A stretch of 64,000 bases of DNA. Origin: Isurus oxyrinchus. Lineage: Eukaryota. Numbering within the stretch: the stretch's first letter is position 1; every line of letters begins with the position of its first letter. The position numbers were made by a program, and so were the translations under genes. The stretch lies in the NCBI GenBank assembly GCA_026770705.1, contig JANJGN010000121.1, positions 1,116,001 to 1,180,000 on the forward strand, read 5' to 3'. A model generated the notes under the pieces. The model made no database searches. It was given only the letters and a program-made list of their open reading frames with translations, and was not told where the DNA came from. This document shows, in pieces, positions 11,301-24,565 of the stretch.

Positions 11301-14300
11301 TTGAGGTGAGTAGTAGCAAATTGGGAAGTGAAATTGCTTGAAAATCTGGGAGATGCAAGGGTTAAGTGCTACCGTGCCACCACTGGTAGGAGAGTGTAAC
11401 TACAGCGTGATGTTTACATAGGCAATCCCCATGATGAACAGGGACATTGGACATCATGTGCAAAATGGGCTCTGGAAAGGTGGGAACATGATGTAAGCTT
11501 TTCACCAACAGGAATTCCCTTCCTAAACCTCTCCACCTCTCTCTTACTCTCAGATACTCAAACAATATTTCACACAGATTCACAGAAGGAGGAGTTGGGA
11601 CAGATGCCTGGTCAAAGGGTTTGGTTTGAAGAAGATTCTTCAAGGGAGAGAGAGAGTTGGAGAGGCAATCAGTATCTGTAAGTATCTCTGTGCATCTGAG
11701 TGTCTAATAGAATTTGCAATTTCCATGTTCTTCCAGAAATATGAATGGGAACACAAATCCCAGAATCTACGTCAACTCTCCGATGCAGCACTGATGGAGG
11801 TCAGGTAACCCACGGGGGAGATGTGTTTGAGTGTGTTAGTTTGTGAGTGTGTCATTGTGTGTGCTCATACATGTGGGATTGTGTGTCTGCAGGTGTCTAT
11901 TTAGGTCTGTATATTTGTGTGTGTTTGTGTCATGATTCAATCTGAGAGAGATGTTGAAGTCTGTGTACACTCACGTTCCACAGTGATGGTTATGAGCCCA
12001 TCCACTGGTCCATGTTCATTCTCTGCCACACACTGATAGTCTCCAGTGTCCCCGGATGTAACGTAAGGAATCACCAACCACAGCTCATTGTTGGAACTTG
12101 TTCTGTTCATTGTGATATTCAGATGTCAGGGCAGGACTCAACAGACAGATCGCAGTTTTACCAACAGAAAGTGAACAACAATTTATACTTGATGGGAAGA
12201 GAGTGCTGATTGGTTGGCAAGTGGTCACTGATTGGAGGAGGTGTTGCCATGGAAAATAATGTGTGCGAGGTGTAAAGTTAAGACAGCTTGTCTCTTCATT
12301 CAGCAGTAATCAAATAAAGATCAGTTAACTTCTATCGACTGTGAAGCACTTTGAGAGGAATGAGAATGTGGACACTGAGAACAGGCTGCACTGTCAGAGG
12401 GTCAGCGCTGAGGGAGTGCTGATGTAGAATGAAGGATATCTCAACTTACATTGCACAGTTAGTACGAGGGTCTGCTCCGATGAAACAGATGGATATCTCA
12501 CTCTGCAGCTGAGAGTGTGTCCGTGGTGTTTGAGTGATGGGATCAGGGTCAGAACAGAAGTATAGGTCAGAGTGACACCATGCTGAGTTACAGTGTTTGA
12601 GACTGATCCAGGTACGTCAGTGGGAATGTCCCAGGTTAAGACAGGTGCTGCTGTTCCATTGCACGTTGTGTTGAAGGTGCAGCTTACATCCACACGCTTT
12701 CCTGCAATAATTTCAGCAGGGAATATCGTGGGTTTATCTGTGAAATCTAACAGACAGAGAATGGATCCTTTTAGAGAAATATAACGTGAAGCATCAGTTC
12801 AAATAGAAATCACAGTCCCACAAGAGAAAGCACTTTTACAAGGATGATATCAGAACTGAGAGGTTACAACGATCAGGAGAGAATTTCCTGCTTTGAGACT
12901 TTGGTGTTTCTGTCTCTCAGCTTAATACACGTTCACTCCGAGACACTTGAACTGATAATAGTGGGTGAGGGTGGTGGAGCAGACCAGAGTTTGGAGTGCA
13001 CTACCCCATCAGTCCCTCAGCAATCTGGGCCATTTATTACTTTGCAATTTGTGGGAGATTGCTGTGCACAAATTGGCTGCTGTGTTTCCCACTTTACAAC
13101 AGTAACTACAATTCAGGAATCAGCTCATTGGCTGTGAAGTGATTTGGTCCATGCTGAGATGGTGAAATGTGCTATAGAAATGTGAATATTTCTTCTATCG
13201 ATATGTCAGACTTCGAGACAGGATTAGAGAGATCGGTGCGAGTGGATAACCTGATAACACTGATGGACACAGTCAATACATTTAATCATTGATATTAAAG
13301 TGAGTATTAGATGTTGCTTTAGGACTGAACTGGAAGCTATCACCAGGTTATTGAGAATCAGACAGTGTGTTATAATAAGCTGTGTTTTGTGTTAATATGT
13401 AAACGGCACAGTTTGTGTTATTTCCCATTGAGTGTTGAATGTGAATTGTTGAGTAATTATAACACAGCACTTACCAGAAACATGAAGCTGGGTTACAGGA
13501 TAGTAGCTGTATCTATTTCCGCTGTCAAATTCTATTCTGAAAAAATAAGGTCCTGCATCTCCCCATCTGATGTTATTTATAATCAGGGAACAGTCGCCAT
13601 CTTTCAGGTCTCCAGACAGCCGGGTCCGATGGTGGAAACGTGGTAACTCATGACTGTGATCCTTGGAGTGAAAGGCTATAGACGATGTTCTCCATTCCTC
13701 ATTATTAAACCAGACTCCACCTCGCGGTTGGTTTTCCAGACACAATGGATAACTGTAATGACATGGAATCTGTACACACGAACCTTTCTGAGCTGTCACC
13801 TCTCGTGGAGTGTCACCTTTCCACTCTTGTGAGGGTTCAGCTGGGGAGAGAAATATCAATATTTAACTCTGGATGGTTTGTGGATCCACTGAACCCGATA
13901 TTTACAGATGTGGCTGAATTTGGAGGATGGTCAATACTGAGGAGAATGGCAACAAATTATTTTGGCAGGAAGAATAGTAAAACAGAATATTATTAAAATG
14001 GAGAGAGGCTGCAGAATGCAGTACAGAGGGATCTGGGTGTCCTGGTACATGAATCACAGAAAGTCAGCATTCAGGAACACCACGGAATGAGGAAGGCAAG
14101 TGGAATGTTGGCCTTTATTGCAAAGGGATGGAGTATAAAAGGAGGGAAGTCTTGCAACAGCTGCACAGGGCGTTGGTGAGATTGTAACAGGATCATTGTG
14201 TACAGGCAGTTCAGAGAAACTTCACTGGGCTGATTCCTGGGATTAAAGGGTTTGTCCTGTGAGGAAATGTTGAGCAGGTTGGGCCTGTATCCATTGGAGT

Positions 14301-17300
14301 TTAGAAGAATGAGTGGTGACCTTATTGAAACATATCCGATTCCGAGGGGGCTTGACAGGGTGGATGCTGGGAGGATGTTTCCCCCTCGTGGGGGAATCTA
14401 GAACCAGGGAGCACAGTTTCGGAATGAGGGCTTTCCCATTTAAGACTGAGATGAGGAGGAATTTCCTCTCTCAGAGGGGCACTAGCCTGTGGAATTCCCT
14501 TCCCCAGAGAGCAGTGGAGGCTGGGCCATTGAATAGACTCAAGGCTGAGTGAGGCAGGTTTTTGATCGACAAGGGAGTCAAGGGTTTGGGGGACAGGCAG
14601 GAAAATGGAGTTAAGGCCACAACCAGATCAGCGAGAGCAGGCTCGAGGGGCCGAATGGCCTGCTCCTGTTCCTATTTCTTATGTTCCTACATTCTTACCT
14701 TCTTAAAATATTAAAGCTGCAGAATAAACATGCAAGTGAATGACCCGCTCGACCCACCTTCCATCTGGGGGTCCCATGGGGAGGACCCTTCCTGAGCCAG
14801 ATCCACCAGCCAACATGGTCTAGATCCGTGCACAGGAGACACGGGTTGTGACAGGCCCTGTCTGTCCAATGGCTGGCTTTCAGCTGCCAAGGCCAGAGTA
14901 GTCCTTGCTAAAACTGGCTCAGGACAGGCCAGGACCCCTGTGCAGACCCCCTCCAGCGCTGCAGCCTCTGTACAAACCCCTCATGCGCTTGTGGAGAGAC
15001 ACAAACAAGGCTGCACATTACCCAGGAGAATCCCCTCTACGGACTAAGGGGCTGACTCATCACCTTAAACTCAGCAAATGAGGAGGCTCTCGCTCGGTAT
15101 CGGGGCTTGGCATTCGCTCAATAAAAATAATCAAATGACATTTTGGTCAGAAATCTAAGGAGGTTGTACATTCCCTCAAAAATAAGACTCGATCTGGGGT
15201 CGAGGGTCAAAGGGCAACAACTTATATTTACACAACAACTTTAACATGACCAATCACCCCAAAGTGCTACACAGGAGCGTCATAAAACAAAGTATGTCAC
15301 CCAGACACATGTGGCGATATTAGCGACAGCTGACCAAAAGAGGTCGGTGTTATGGAGAGATAGAGAGAAAGAGACAAAGAGACAGAGAGAGAGAGAGATA
15401 GGGAGAGGATTTGGGTGGGAATTCCAGAGCTTAGGGTCCCAGGCAACAGAAGGCACGGCCGCCAATTTTGGAGCGATAGCATCTGGTGATGGTCAAGATT
15501 CCGGAATTGGAGGAGTGCAGTGATCTCGGGGGGTTGTAGGGGCTGTACTTTGTACAGAGGCTGTAGTGAGGCTACAGAGGTAGGAAAGATTGGAGGGGCT
15601 GTAGGAGTTTACAGAGCCAGGGAGGGTTGTAGGGGCAGGATGGGGTTACAGATATAGGGAAGGTTGGAGGGGCTGGCGGAACTTACAGTGAAAGGAAGGG
15701 TTGTTGGGGCAGGCTGGGGTTACAGAGTTAGGGAACGTTGTTGGGTCTTGAGGAGCTTTGAGCGAAAAGGGGATTGTAGGGACTGTTGGACGTTAAAGGA
15801 TAAGGGAGGCATTAGGGGCATGAGTAGGTTACAGAGACAGAGGGTTTGTAGGGACTGGAGAAATTTACAGTGAAAGGGAGGCTTTAGGGGCAAAAGATAG
15901 TTACAGAGATAGGGAGGGTGGACGGGAATGGGAAATGTTATGGAGATAGGGGGTTTGTAGGTACAGGATTGGGTTACAGAGATAGGGACGTTTGTTGTGG
16001 CTGGAGGAAGTTACAGAGATAGAGAATGCTGTAGGTACTGGAGGAGGTTATCAAGATAGGGAGGGATGTAGGGACTGGAGGAGGTTATCGAGATAGGGAG
16101 GGCTGTAGGGATTGGAGGAGGTTACAGTGAGAAAGAGTGCTATAAGGACTGGGGGAGGTTATAGAGATAGGGAGGGCTGTAGGAACTGTAGGAGGTTATA
16201 GAGATAGGGAGGGATGTAGGTACTGGAGGAGGTTATAGAGATAGGGAGGGCTGTAAGGACTGGGGGAGGTTATAGACATAGGGAGGTCTGTAGGGATTGG
16301 AGGAGGTTATAGAAATAGGGAGGGATGTAGGTACTGGAGGAGATTATAGAGATAGGGAGGGCTGTAGGGACTGGAGTTTATAGAGATAGGGAGGGTTGTA
16401 GGGACTGGAGGAGGATACATAGATAGAGATTGCTGTAGGGACTGGAAGGGGGTTTAGAGATAGGGTTTGTTGGAGTGGCTGGAGAATGGTGCAGAGAAAG
16501 GGAGGGTTGTTGGAGCTGGAGGAAGGTTCTGAGATAGGGGTGGTTTCTGGTCACTGAAAGAAGTTACAGAGATAGGGAGGGTTGTAGGGGCTGGCGGAGG
16601 AGGAGGAGGAGATTACAGAGATAGTGAGGAAACAAAGATGAAAATTTGGACATTGAGACTTTGCTTGACCAGGAGCCAGTCTCGGTCATCGAGCAGAGCG
16701 GGTGATAAGGGAATGGGACTTGGTGTGAGTAAGGACGTGGTCAGCAGTTTTGGATGGCCTCAAGTTTATGGAGTGTAGACCGTGTGTTGGAACAGTCGAG
16801 TCTGGAGGTAATGAAGGCGTGGATGAGGGTTTCAGCAGCAGATGAGCTGAGACAGGGTGAAGTCGTACGATGTTACGGAGGTGGAAATAGACGGTGTTAG
16901 TGAGGGCGCAGATATGAGGCCGGAAGCTCATCTCAGGATCAAATGGGACAACAAAGCTGTGAACAGATTGGCTTCAATCTCAGAGAGCTGCCAGGGAGAG
17001 GAATGGAGTTGGTAGCGAGGGAACAGAGTTTGGAGTGGGGAATGAAGACAATGGCTTCAGTCTTTCCAATATTTAATTGGAGGGAATTTCTGCCCATCCA
17101 GTACTGGATGTCGGATAAGCAGCCTGATAATTTAGCAGCAGTGGAGGAGTCGAGAGAGGTGGTGGTGAGGTAGAGCTGGGGATCCTCAGTGGACAGGTGA
17201 AAACTAATACTGTTCAGATGATGCTGCAAAGCCATTGCAAGTGATTCTCTGGCTACGATGAGATGGATAAGAATGGAGCCAGGGGAGAGCAGTCCCACCC

Positions 17301-20300
17301 AGCTGGACGACAGTGGAGAGGTGTTGGAGGAGGATGGTGTGGTCGAGCGGGTCAAAGGCTGCAGACAGATCGAGAAGGACGAGGAGGGAAAGTTGACCTT
17401 TGTCACAGTCACACAGGATGCCATTTGTGACCTTGATAAGAGCTGTTTCAGCACAGTGGCTGGGGTGGGAACCTGATTGGAGGGATTCAAACATGGAGTT
17501 CCGGGAAAGATGGGAACGGATTCGGGAGATGGAAACACGTTCAAGGACTTTGGAGGGGAAAGAGAGGCTGGAGATGGGACAGGGGTTTACACGGACAGTG
17601 TGAGGGGTGGAAGGTGTAGTGGGGAGGAGATACTTCACTCAGCGGGGAGGTGTCATCACCCCTCAGCTCGGTTTACGTTACAGCTATGATGTGGATTCAA
17701 TCACACACAATAAGCTCATGGATCTGGGAGCAGAAATAGACAAATCATTAAAAATAGTGACGCTGGTTAACACGGCCAAAAAACAAGCAAATCAAACACT
17801 ATTATTTCCCATTGAGTGTTGAATGTGAATTGTTGAGTAATTATAACACAGCACTTACCAGAAACGTGAAGCTGGGTTACAGGGTAATAGTTATGGCTCG
17901 GACCATTGCCAAATTTTATCGTGAAAAAATAAGGTCCTGCATCTTCCCGTCTGATGTTGTTTATAATCAGGGAACAGTCACCATCTTTCAGGTCTCCAGA
18001 CAGCCGGGTCCGATGGTGGAACCGTGGTAACTCGTGACTGTGATCCTTGGAGTGAAAGGCTATAGACGATGTATGCCATTTGTCCCTTCTCATTTTCCAG
18101 ATTCCAACACGTGTTTTCTCTAACAAATGTGATGGGTAATTGTAATTACATGGAATCTGTACACACGAACCTTTCTGTGCTGTCACCTCTCGTGGAGTGT
18201 CACCTTTCCACTCTTGTGACAGTCCAACTGGGGAGAGAAATATCAATATTTAACTCTGGATGGTTTGTAGATCCACTAGACTCGATATCCACCCCCTCCA
18301 TCACTGGGGCACAGTGGCTGCAGTGTGGACCATCTACAGGACACACATGGAACTCCCCAATGTTTCATAACGGATGGAAGAGAATCCTGGACACAGGAGT
18401 GGACAAGTTCATTCTACATTGGCTCATGGTCCTCAGGACCCTGTTTGTGCACAAGCCTGCTATCCAACAGAACTGAAGTTGGGGAAAATCCATTTGGAAT
18501 TCCACTGTCCAGGGCATTGTGTTAACTTGTTGAATTTGTTTTAAATCTAACATATAATTTTGGTCTGTTGCCTTAAATGGAGTGTAACTGGGAGTCAGGT
18601 TAATTAGGAATTTTAGGAGTTATTATAGCAGTCATTGTAGTCTTATGTATGTGCTTGAAATCTTTCATTTTGATGACAAATATTTTAATTTATTGTTTTA
18701 AATCTCTGAAAGTTTGGTGGAGTCATTGCTTCTGAATTCAGTGCACACATCTCAAAATAAATACAAATTGCAAAATCATTATGATAGTGTGACCAGGTTT
18801 CTCTCAGGGACTTGGTCTGCCTGGCACACATCACCTGCCAAGTGATAACACTGTTATAATATGCCTTTCAGGGATAGCAGCATGACATCACTCGAGGGGA
18901 AGTGTGTCATGTGATTTTTAGGAACTGGGGTTGGCTTAAGTAAGTTCTATGTGTATTTCTGTGTGTTAGGCATAAGGTCTATCTTTAAGGTATATATTTA
19001 TGTTTAATTTTAATTTGTATTTCTGTATTTGGGTGTTGAGAAAAGGGGGAGCTTGAGCTAAAAATAAGCCAGCATTCCTTTGAGGTTTTAAGACTCTTGC
19101 AGGAAGTCAAAACAAATACAAGGTGTAAGAAACTGTGCTGTTGCCTAGTAACAGTGATCCAGAGGGAAGGACCCACAGAGACCGAGAAAAACAGAAAAGT
19201 ACTTTCAGTTCTGTTGAAAGGAGTTGCCAGGAGAAGCAGCAAAGGAGCGGGACAGATAGTCAGTCCCAAAGTAAAGAAGAAGCCAAAACCATCGAGTGGA
19301 ACAGGAGAAAGGGCCCAAGAAAACCTTCTAGTCAAATCTGGAAAAGGCCCTGTTAAGTGAAGTTAAGAGTGAGGAGCAGAAGAAGGCTTCAAGCTTAAAG
19401 GGAGAAAGCAGCAGGACACAGGCCTAAAGCAAAATAGGCTTGTGAGAAGCCAGAAGATCCTAGGAGACACCACAGGTTGGTGACTCATTACTACGGCCAT
19501 GTGAAGCCATGGTGTTCCATTGACACGGCTGAGCATTGGAGAGACAGGGCGTGGAAGGAAGGCTGAATGCACGTGGCGATCCAGGGGGCAGGAACATGGG
19601 AAGGAGAGTTTGAAATAGTGAAAGTGGACCCTTGTGGAAGGTGTCTGAGTGAAAGTGTCATGTTGGAGAAGATTCCAAAGAGAGCACTTGGCTCTCTTTG
19701 AGATTGGAAACCCTCATATGGATATCTCAGTTCAGTGAGACTGGTTGGCTCACAGTGTAACAAGCGTCTGGGGTCAGATGAGGAGGGAGACATAGCATTT
19801 GTTTCAAGTGGGTTCTGTCACTTGATTTTAGAATGTGGTGTCCCTGACCACAGGTCGTCTATTGGTTTACATGGACTGTGTACTTAGTGTGAACATGAGA
19901 GTATAAGATAGCTATTGTAACTTGCGTGATCTTTATGAATCTGTATATATCTGTAAATGTATAGGTCTGGGTGAAGGAGAAATGTCATATAGTTTGTCTT
20001 TCCTAGTTTAATAAATGTTTTATTCTTTAGTTAGAAGTTCATCAGATGACTCCTGTGACTCTGTTCAGTAGCCGCACTCCACATTCCTAAATAAAAAATA
20101 AAAGTTAGGACCTATCAAGCTGAGTTCCACCCTGGGATCTGACTTGCCCAGTAGCAACATCAGCTGGGATGATAACACCATCCAGTCCAAGTTTCACTTT
20201 GGCCTGTGAGCAGAACACAGCTCACACACTTTGGCTGCAGGTGTCTCCCAGCTTTCTATCCTTGTATATCTGTTCTCATGTCCCTATTCTAAATAACTGA

Positions 20301-23300
20301 ACCCACAATGTATTTACCCAATTCCGTATCAGTGGCTGGTGCCTTTATATCATTATAAAAACACAACATGGTGATCAGCGGTGGCCAAACATTCAGGCAG
20401 CAAGATTCAGTACAGGTATGACGTGGTGAACAACCTTAGATCGAGCTAGATGACATGAGTCATGCTTCGACGCTTTGGTCAGACCACAACAGAGACACAG
20501 CATCAGAGAGGGTTGAAATCACAGTGTACTGACTGCTCAGGAAACCTTTGAAGACACAGTGATGGGAAAGAGCTCAAGTAAAGAGCTGGGGAGCAGACGG
20601 ATCCCTCATGGTGAGAACTGCTAGATACGACCAAAGCCTATAGCATTGAAGAGCTACTCAAGGATGGACATAAATACGAAGTGATCCTCGCAGGTCAACG
20701 AAGATTACAGGTCCTCAGTACAACATCAATTGTTGACACACTCACTAGAACATCCAAACCTAGTGAGAAGTGTGGAAGGTGTGGCCTTCTGCAGGCACCA
20801 AGGAAATGCCCAGCTTTCCACCAATCCTGCAAGGCTTGTGGCAGAAAGGGCCATTGACAGCGGCAGGGCACTAGAGCAAAGGCTCATGCAGCTACAAAGA
20901 GCCGTGCGCTGATCCAAACAGACCCTACACAACGGGGAACCTTCAAGCAATAAGAATGACCATCCACTATCCCATCAGGAACATATACATGTGGTGACTG
21001 ACAAACCAGGAAATGGCGATGATGTACACGGTGAGACGAGGAGTGGTGATCGATATTCCACCTCTCACACATATCCTGACGTGGCTTGCCAATAAATTGT
21101 GGATTGTTGTCTTTAAAGATCTCTCTGGGCACATCAAATAAACTGAAAATGTCCCATAGGGGTGGGATTTTCTGGCCCCACCCACTGCCAGGATTGTCCG
21201 GTCCGGCCGAAAGCCAATGTTTGTCCAATCTCCCACGGCAGGGCCCATCATGACTGTGCCGGAAAACCCCAGCCTAGAGTTTGTGCAGCACTTGTGCTCA
21301 ACGTATTGTACAATTGTTGAACAATTTCAAACCTTTTACACCATCAATCTCACGGAGAACAGATGCTGTCACATCACCCGCACTATTGGCCAAGATTCCA
21401 ATTTTCTGCCCTGAGAAAGTTGCAACCTCCCCTTTATTGACCAAGATTGACACAGGGGCAAGTACCAACATTCCCCTCCCACAGCCCACCCCAGCAAATT
21501 TTCAAAGACATGTATCCAAGGACATGGGAGTCCATGGGAAAACCTACTGCTGTGTACAACACTTCACCAACTCCATGTGCAGAATCCATAGTCCTGGGGT
21601 GCAAGTACAATCAATCCTCCTGGGTGTCACAGATGTTCTACATCGTGGAGACTAAAGGCTGAGCAATTGCAAGTCTACCGGCATGCGGTGACCTCACCCT
21701 AGAGACAATCCATGGAATCTGTCAGACCTCACATGGGTCAAACTCAGAAACTACCCCAGCAACTCAGTTCATGGACATAACATTGAAATATGCAGAAAGT
21801 TTCAACAGTATTGTCAGTTTCAAGGGAGCTGCAACATTACACCTGCAGGAGAATGCAAGTCTGTCAATTGATCCAGTACATTTAGCACAAGAGAAATGCC
21901 AGCAGCTACAAGAGGGAACAGTGAAAAATTCGGCAGGAACTGTGGAAATATCATTGAAAGGGTGGCCTGATTCAACTTGACCTCATCGAGATAAGCGAGG
22001 TATCTCCCAGGGAGTCTTTTTTAATGGCAGGCAGGGCATCATACCGGCACATTTGTGATCCTATATTCTTCAACAACTTCATCCCTCACACATGGGCACA
22101 GATCAGACAAGGAGACTCACAAGAGATACAGTCCCTGGCCGGGTATGAACAATGACCTTGAAGTTGTTGTAGGGAAGTTCGAGGCTTGTCAAGAGGATGA
22201 GCCAAGTCAACACAAAGAACCACTGATTCCACAGGAAATTCCTGCCTATTCTTAGTCCAAAATCACATCTGAATCCTTTCATGTCCATGTCACTGACTTC
22301 ATCGTCATCGTCGACAGCTTTACCAGATATCCCGTTATTCAAAAATAGCACAACACACCGAGCACAACTGGTGCACACACTCTAAGCACGATTTTCAGAT
22401 TATTTGGTGAACCTAGGGACATGATTACAGATAATCTGGAATATCAATCACACTACTTCTTCTCCTCATTACCCCAGATCTAACAGCCTCGCTGAATGAA
22501 TGATGCACACAGTGAAATCCCTAATTCTCAAATGTAGACAGGCCAAGCAAGATCCACACATTGCAATGTTACATCTGAGATCGACACCTACAACTGCAAC
22601 TTTGTTAAATTCATTCATGGGATGTGGGAGTCACTGGCGAGGCCAGGATTTATTACCCATCCCTAATGTAAGAGTCAACCACATTGACGTGGAGTCTGGA
22701 GTCACATGTCGGCCAGACAATTTTGTTCCCTACAGGGCACTGGTGAACCAGGTGGGATTTCCAACAATGGTTTTGTGGTCATCACTAGACTTTGAATTTC
22801 ATATTTTTATTAAATTCAAATTCCATCATCTATTATGGCCGGATTTGAACCCATATCCTCAGGACATTACCCTGGGTCTCTGAATTACTCATCCAGCAAC
22901 AATACCACTACACCATCACCTCACCTTATTCCATCACTGACAGAGATCATGTTTGGTGTGCCAGTAGTGACCAATTTCGCTACTCTTACCCATTCTACTC
23001 TCTCAGAAACCAGAGGGCAGCTTTTAAAACTACAAGAGAAGATAAGGAATGTTCATGATAAAAATGGAGGTGCAGAGTTGCCAAGTTTAGAGTTGGGACA
23101 AGTTCACATCCAGGATCCCACAGAAGGTTCATGACCACCAGCCGAGGTGACAAGGATTTGTTCAGAACCAAGGGCCTATGGAGTCAAACACACAAGGGCA
23201 CAGCGGTGAGGCGGAACCGAGGATAAATCAGATCCATTCCCGCTCCTATTCCATCGAGGAGAAGATCCCACATGAAATCAGGAACAACATCCAAGGGTGA

Positions 23301-24492
23301 CAATCCCACAGACCACTGTGAGCAGTTAAAGACACCTCCAGACAAGGTAACCAGCACAAGATCTGGGTGGACCAGAAGGTTAAATCCACACTTTAGAGAG
23401 TCAAATATTCAACAGTTCCATGCACTTATGTAATTGTCAATAAATATGAACATGATATGAGAAACCGCTTGTTCCCTGTCCTTCTCAAAGATCCATTCCT
23501 GCAGCGGGAGCCTGAAGTGTTACTGATAAGAGATTTAATTTATCGGATTGTGGAATGATCCGGAACTGAAGGAAGCCATTTGGCCCATCGAGCCTGTGCT
23601 GGGCCTTTGAAAGATCTGTCCAATTAGTCCCACTCTCACCTCTGCTCTCTCCCCCACAGCCCTGCAAAATGTCCCCTTCAAGTATTTATCCAGTTCCCCT
23701 TCTGAAAGTTCCTGTTGAATCTGCTTCCACCGCCCTTTCAGGCAGTGAGTCAATGGTCTCTCTCTGAGCTGCAAAGTGATAAGTTTCAATGAAATATAAA
23801 CTCTGCAGCAGATCAGAAACAATCATGATAACTCAGAATATTTGACAGTTTTACATACAGACAGCTTTGCCTCCCTTCTCTCTATCAGTTATCTTGCTAT
23901 CTTATCGAATTTTCTAGCATGGTGAGAATGGACAGGAAGTGTGACGCTGAACTGCCTGTCTAATCTAAGAGCTTCTGTGTTGTCTTCATGGGAAATTCTG
24001 ATGAAAATCAGCAAGAGAGAAAAATTTCAGGGCATTGATATCGGAGTGCTTGCATCAGGATAGACTTCATCCCCCAGTTTTTATCCCTGCTTCTCTATTC
24101 AGCCGATCGCTCCCCTGTCACTCACTGACCTACACTGGCTCCCAGTCCAGCAATGCCTCAATTTTCAAAATCTCTTCATTGATTCCTTATCCCTCCATTC
24201 TCCATCTCTAATCCCTATCACTGTCACCTCCTCCAGCCCTGAAACCCTTTGAGGTCTCTGCTGTCCTGCAGTTCTGCTGTCAGACAGGGAGTCAATGTAT
24301 ATCAGTGAGCACAGGGGTGATGGGTGAATGGGACGTGGTGTGAGTTTGTACACTGACTCACTGCTGAATCAGTTCCCTATCAGAGCTCCATAAGAATGTT
24401 CTTTTACAAAGACTATTAGCCATAAGTCTGTCCAAGCTGACGATGTTATTACCTTGGAGAAGTGACAGGAGGAAGTAAGATTTCCCAACCAT
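8167..24492 (-). CDS. Gene model S2: short-tailed Siglec-like receptor, join 24453-24492, 17859-18227, 13475-13840, 12450-12746, 10011-10292, 8167-8306 (497 aa: SP-V-V-C2-C2-TM); alternative leader at 26644-26683
   Basis: All listed exons are open, GT/AG-bounded and phase-1 compatible; total 1494 nt. Confidence 0.7.
10011..10292 (-). CDS. S2 membrane-proximal C2-set Ig exon (94 codons)
   Basis: APRNLSI...IICSVESSPASNLMW...GEYQCVAENEHG; 282 nt, phase 1-1. Confidence 0.9.
10425..10765 (+). repeat. 33-bp minisatellite
   Basis: About 10 copies of the same unit as 5440-6723. Confidence 0.9.
11975..12127 (-). pseudogene. C2 pseudo-exon (5' half and acceptor lost)
   Basis: HLNITMNRTSSNNELW...TITVE with intact donor; the upstream part is replaced by unrelated sequence with an in-frame TGA. 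Confidence 0.8.
12450..12746 (-). CDS. S2 Siglec domain-2 C2-set exon
   Basis: FTDKPTIFPAEIIAGKRVDVSCTFNTTCNG...SCRVRY; extra BC-loop Cys typical of Siglec D2; 297 nt, phase 1-1. Confidence 0.92.
13475..13840 (-). CDS. S2 V-set exon V2 (essential Arg present)
   Basis: GSCVQIPC, GDCSL and DAGPYFFRIEF: Siglec B-E disulfide pattern, no F-strand Cys, Arg codon 13536-13538; 366 nt. Confidence 0.92.
13900..14690 (+). mobile_element. CR1 LINE 3' fragment
   Basis: Decayed RT end, FKTEMRRNFLSQR, and GGGGCCGAATGGCCTGCTCCTG...TTCTTATG tail. Confidence 0.88.
15525..16625 (+). repeat. ~37-bp purine-rich minisatellite at an L2 3' end
   Basis: Unit GAGATAGGGAGGGCTGTAGGGACTGGAGGAGGTTATA, about 29 degenerate copies. 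Confidence 0.85.
16640..17600 (-). mobile_element. L2-type LINE RT fragment
   Basis: AETALIKVTN...LLVLLDLSAAFDPLDHTILLQ; LQLNIGKTEAIVF. Confidence 0.88.
17859..18227 (-). CDS. S2 V-set exon V1 (essential Arg replaced by Thr)
   Basis: Open 369-nt phase 1-1 exon; DAGPYFFTIKFGNGPSHNY; ACG at 17920-17922. Confidence 0.88.
18520..20176 (+). mobile_element. Adjacent solo-LTR-like repeats
   Basis: TGT...ACA-bounded segments (18519-18849, 18852-20176) with AATAAA; related sequence at 500-1212 and, inverted, at 43100-43290. Confidence 0.5.
20617..23400 (+). mobile_element. Decayed Ty3/Gypsy element (gag, protease, integrase pieces)
   Basis: KIDTGASTNI aspartic protease motif; WPGMNNDLEVVVGKFEACQ integrase zinc-finger region; SNSLAE*MMHTVKS core; many stops. 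Confidence 0.8.
24453..24492 (-). CDS. S2 proximal signal-peptide exon MVGKSYFLLSLLQ
   Basis: ACAATGG Kozak context, 40 nt, AAG|gtaat donor. Confidence 0.85.
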
Positions 24493-24565
24493 TGTCCACT
24501 CCCAGATATGCCTTTAGCTTCTGACTCTTAAACTGTGAAAGAGAAAGGAGTTAATGAGACCTCAC

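Noticed and set aside
13400-18300. V exons as rearranging Ig/TCR V segments, with CACAGTG/CACTGTG heptamers in the window
   Set aside because: V exons include the G strand, end in splice donors, lack the YYC motif and have no adjacent heptamer-spacer-nonamer; heptamers come from ITVE codons and the minisatellite
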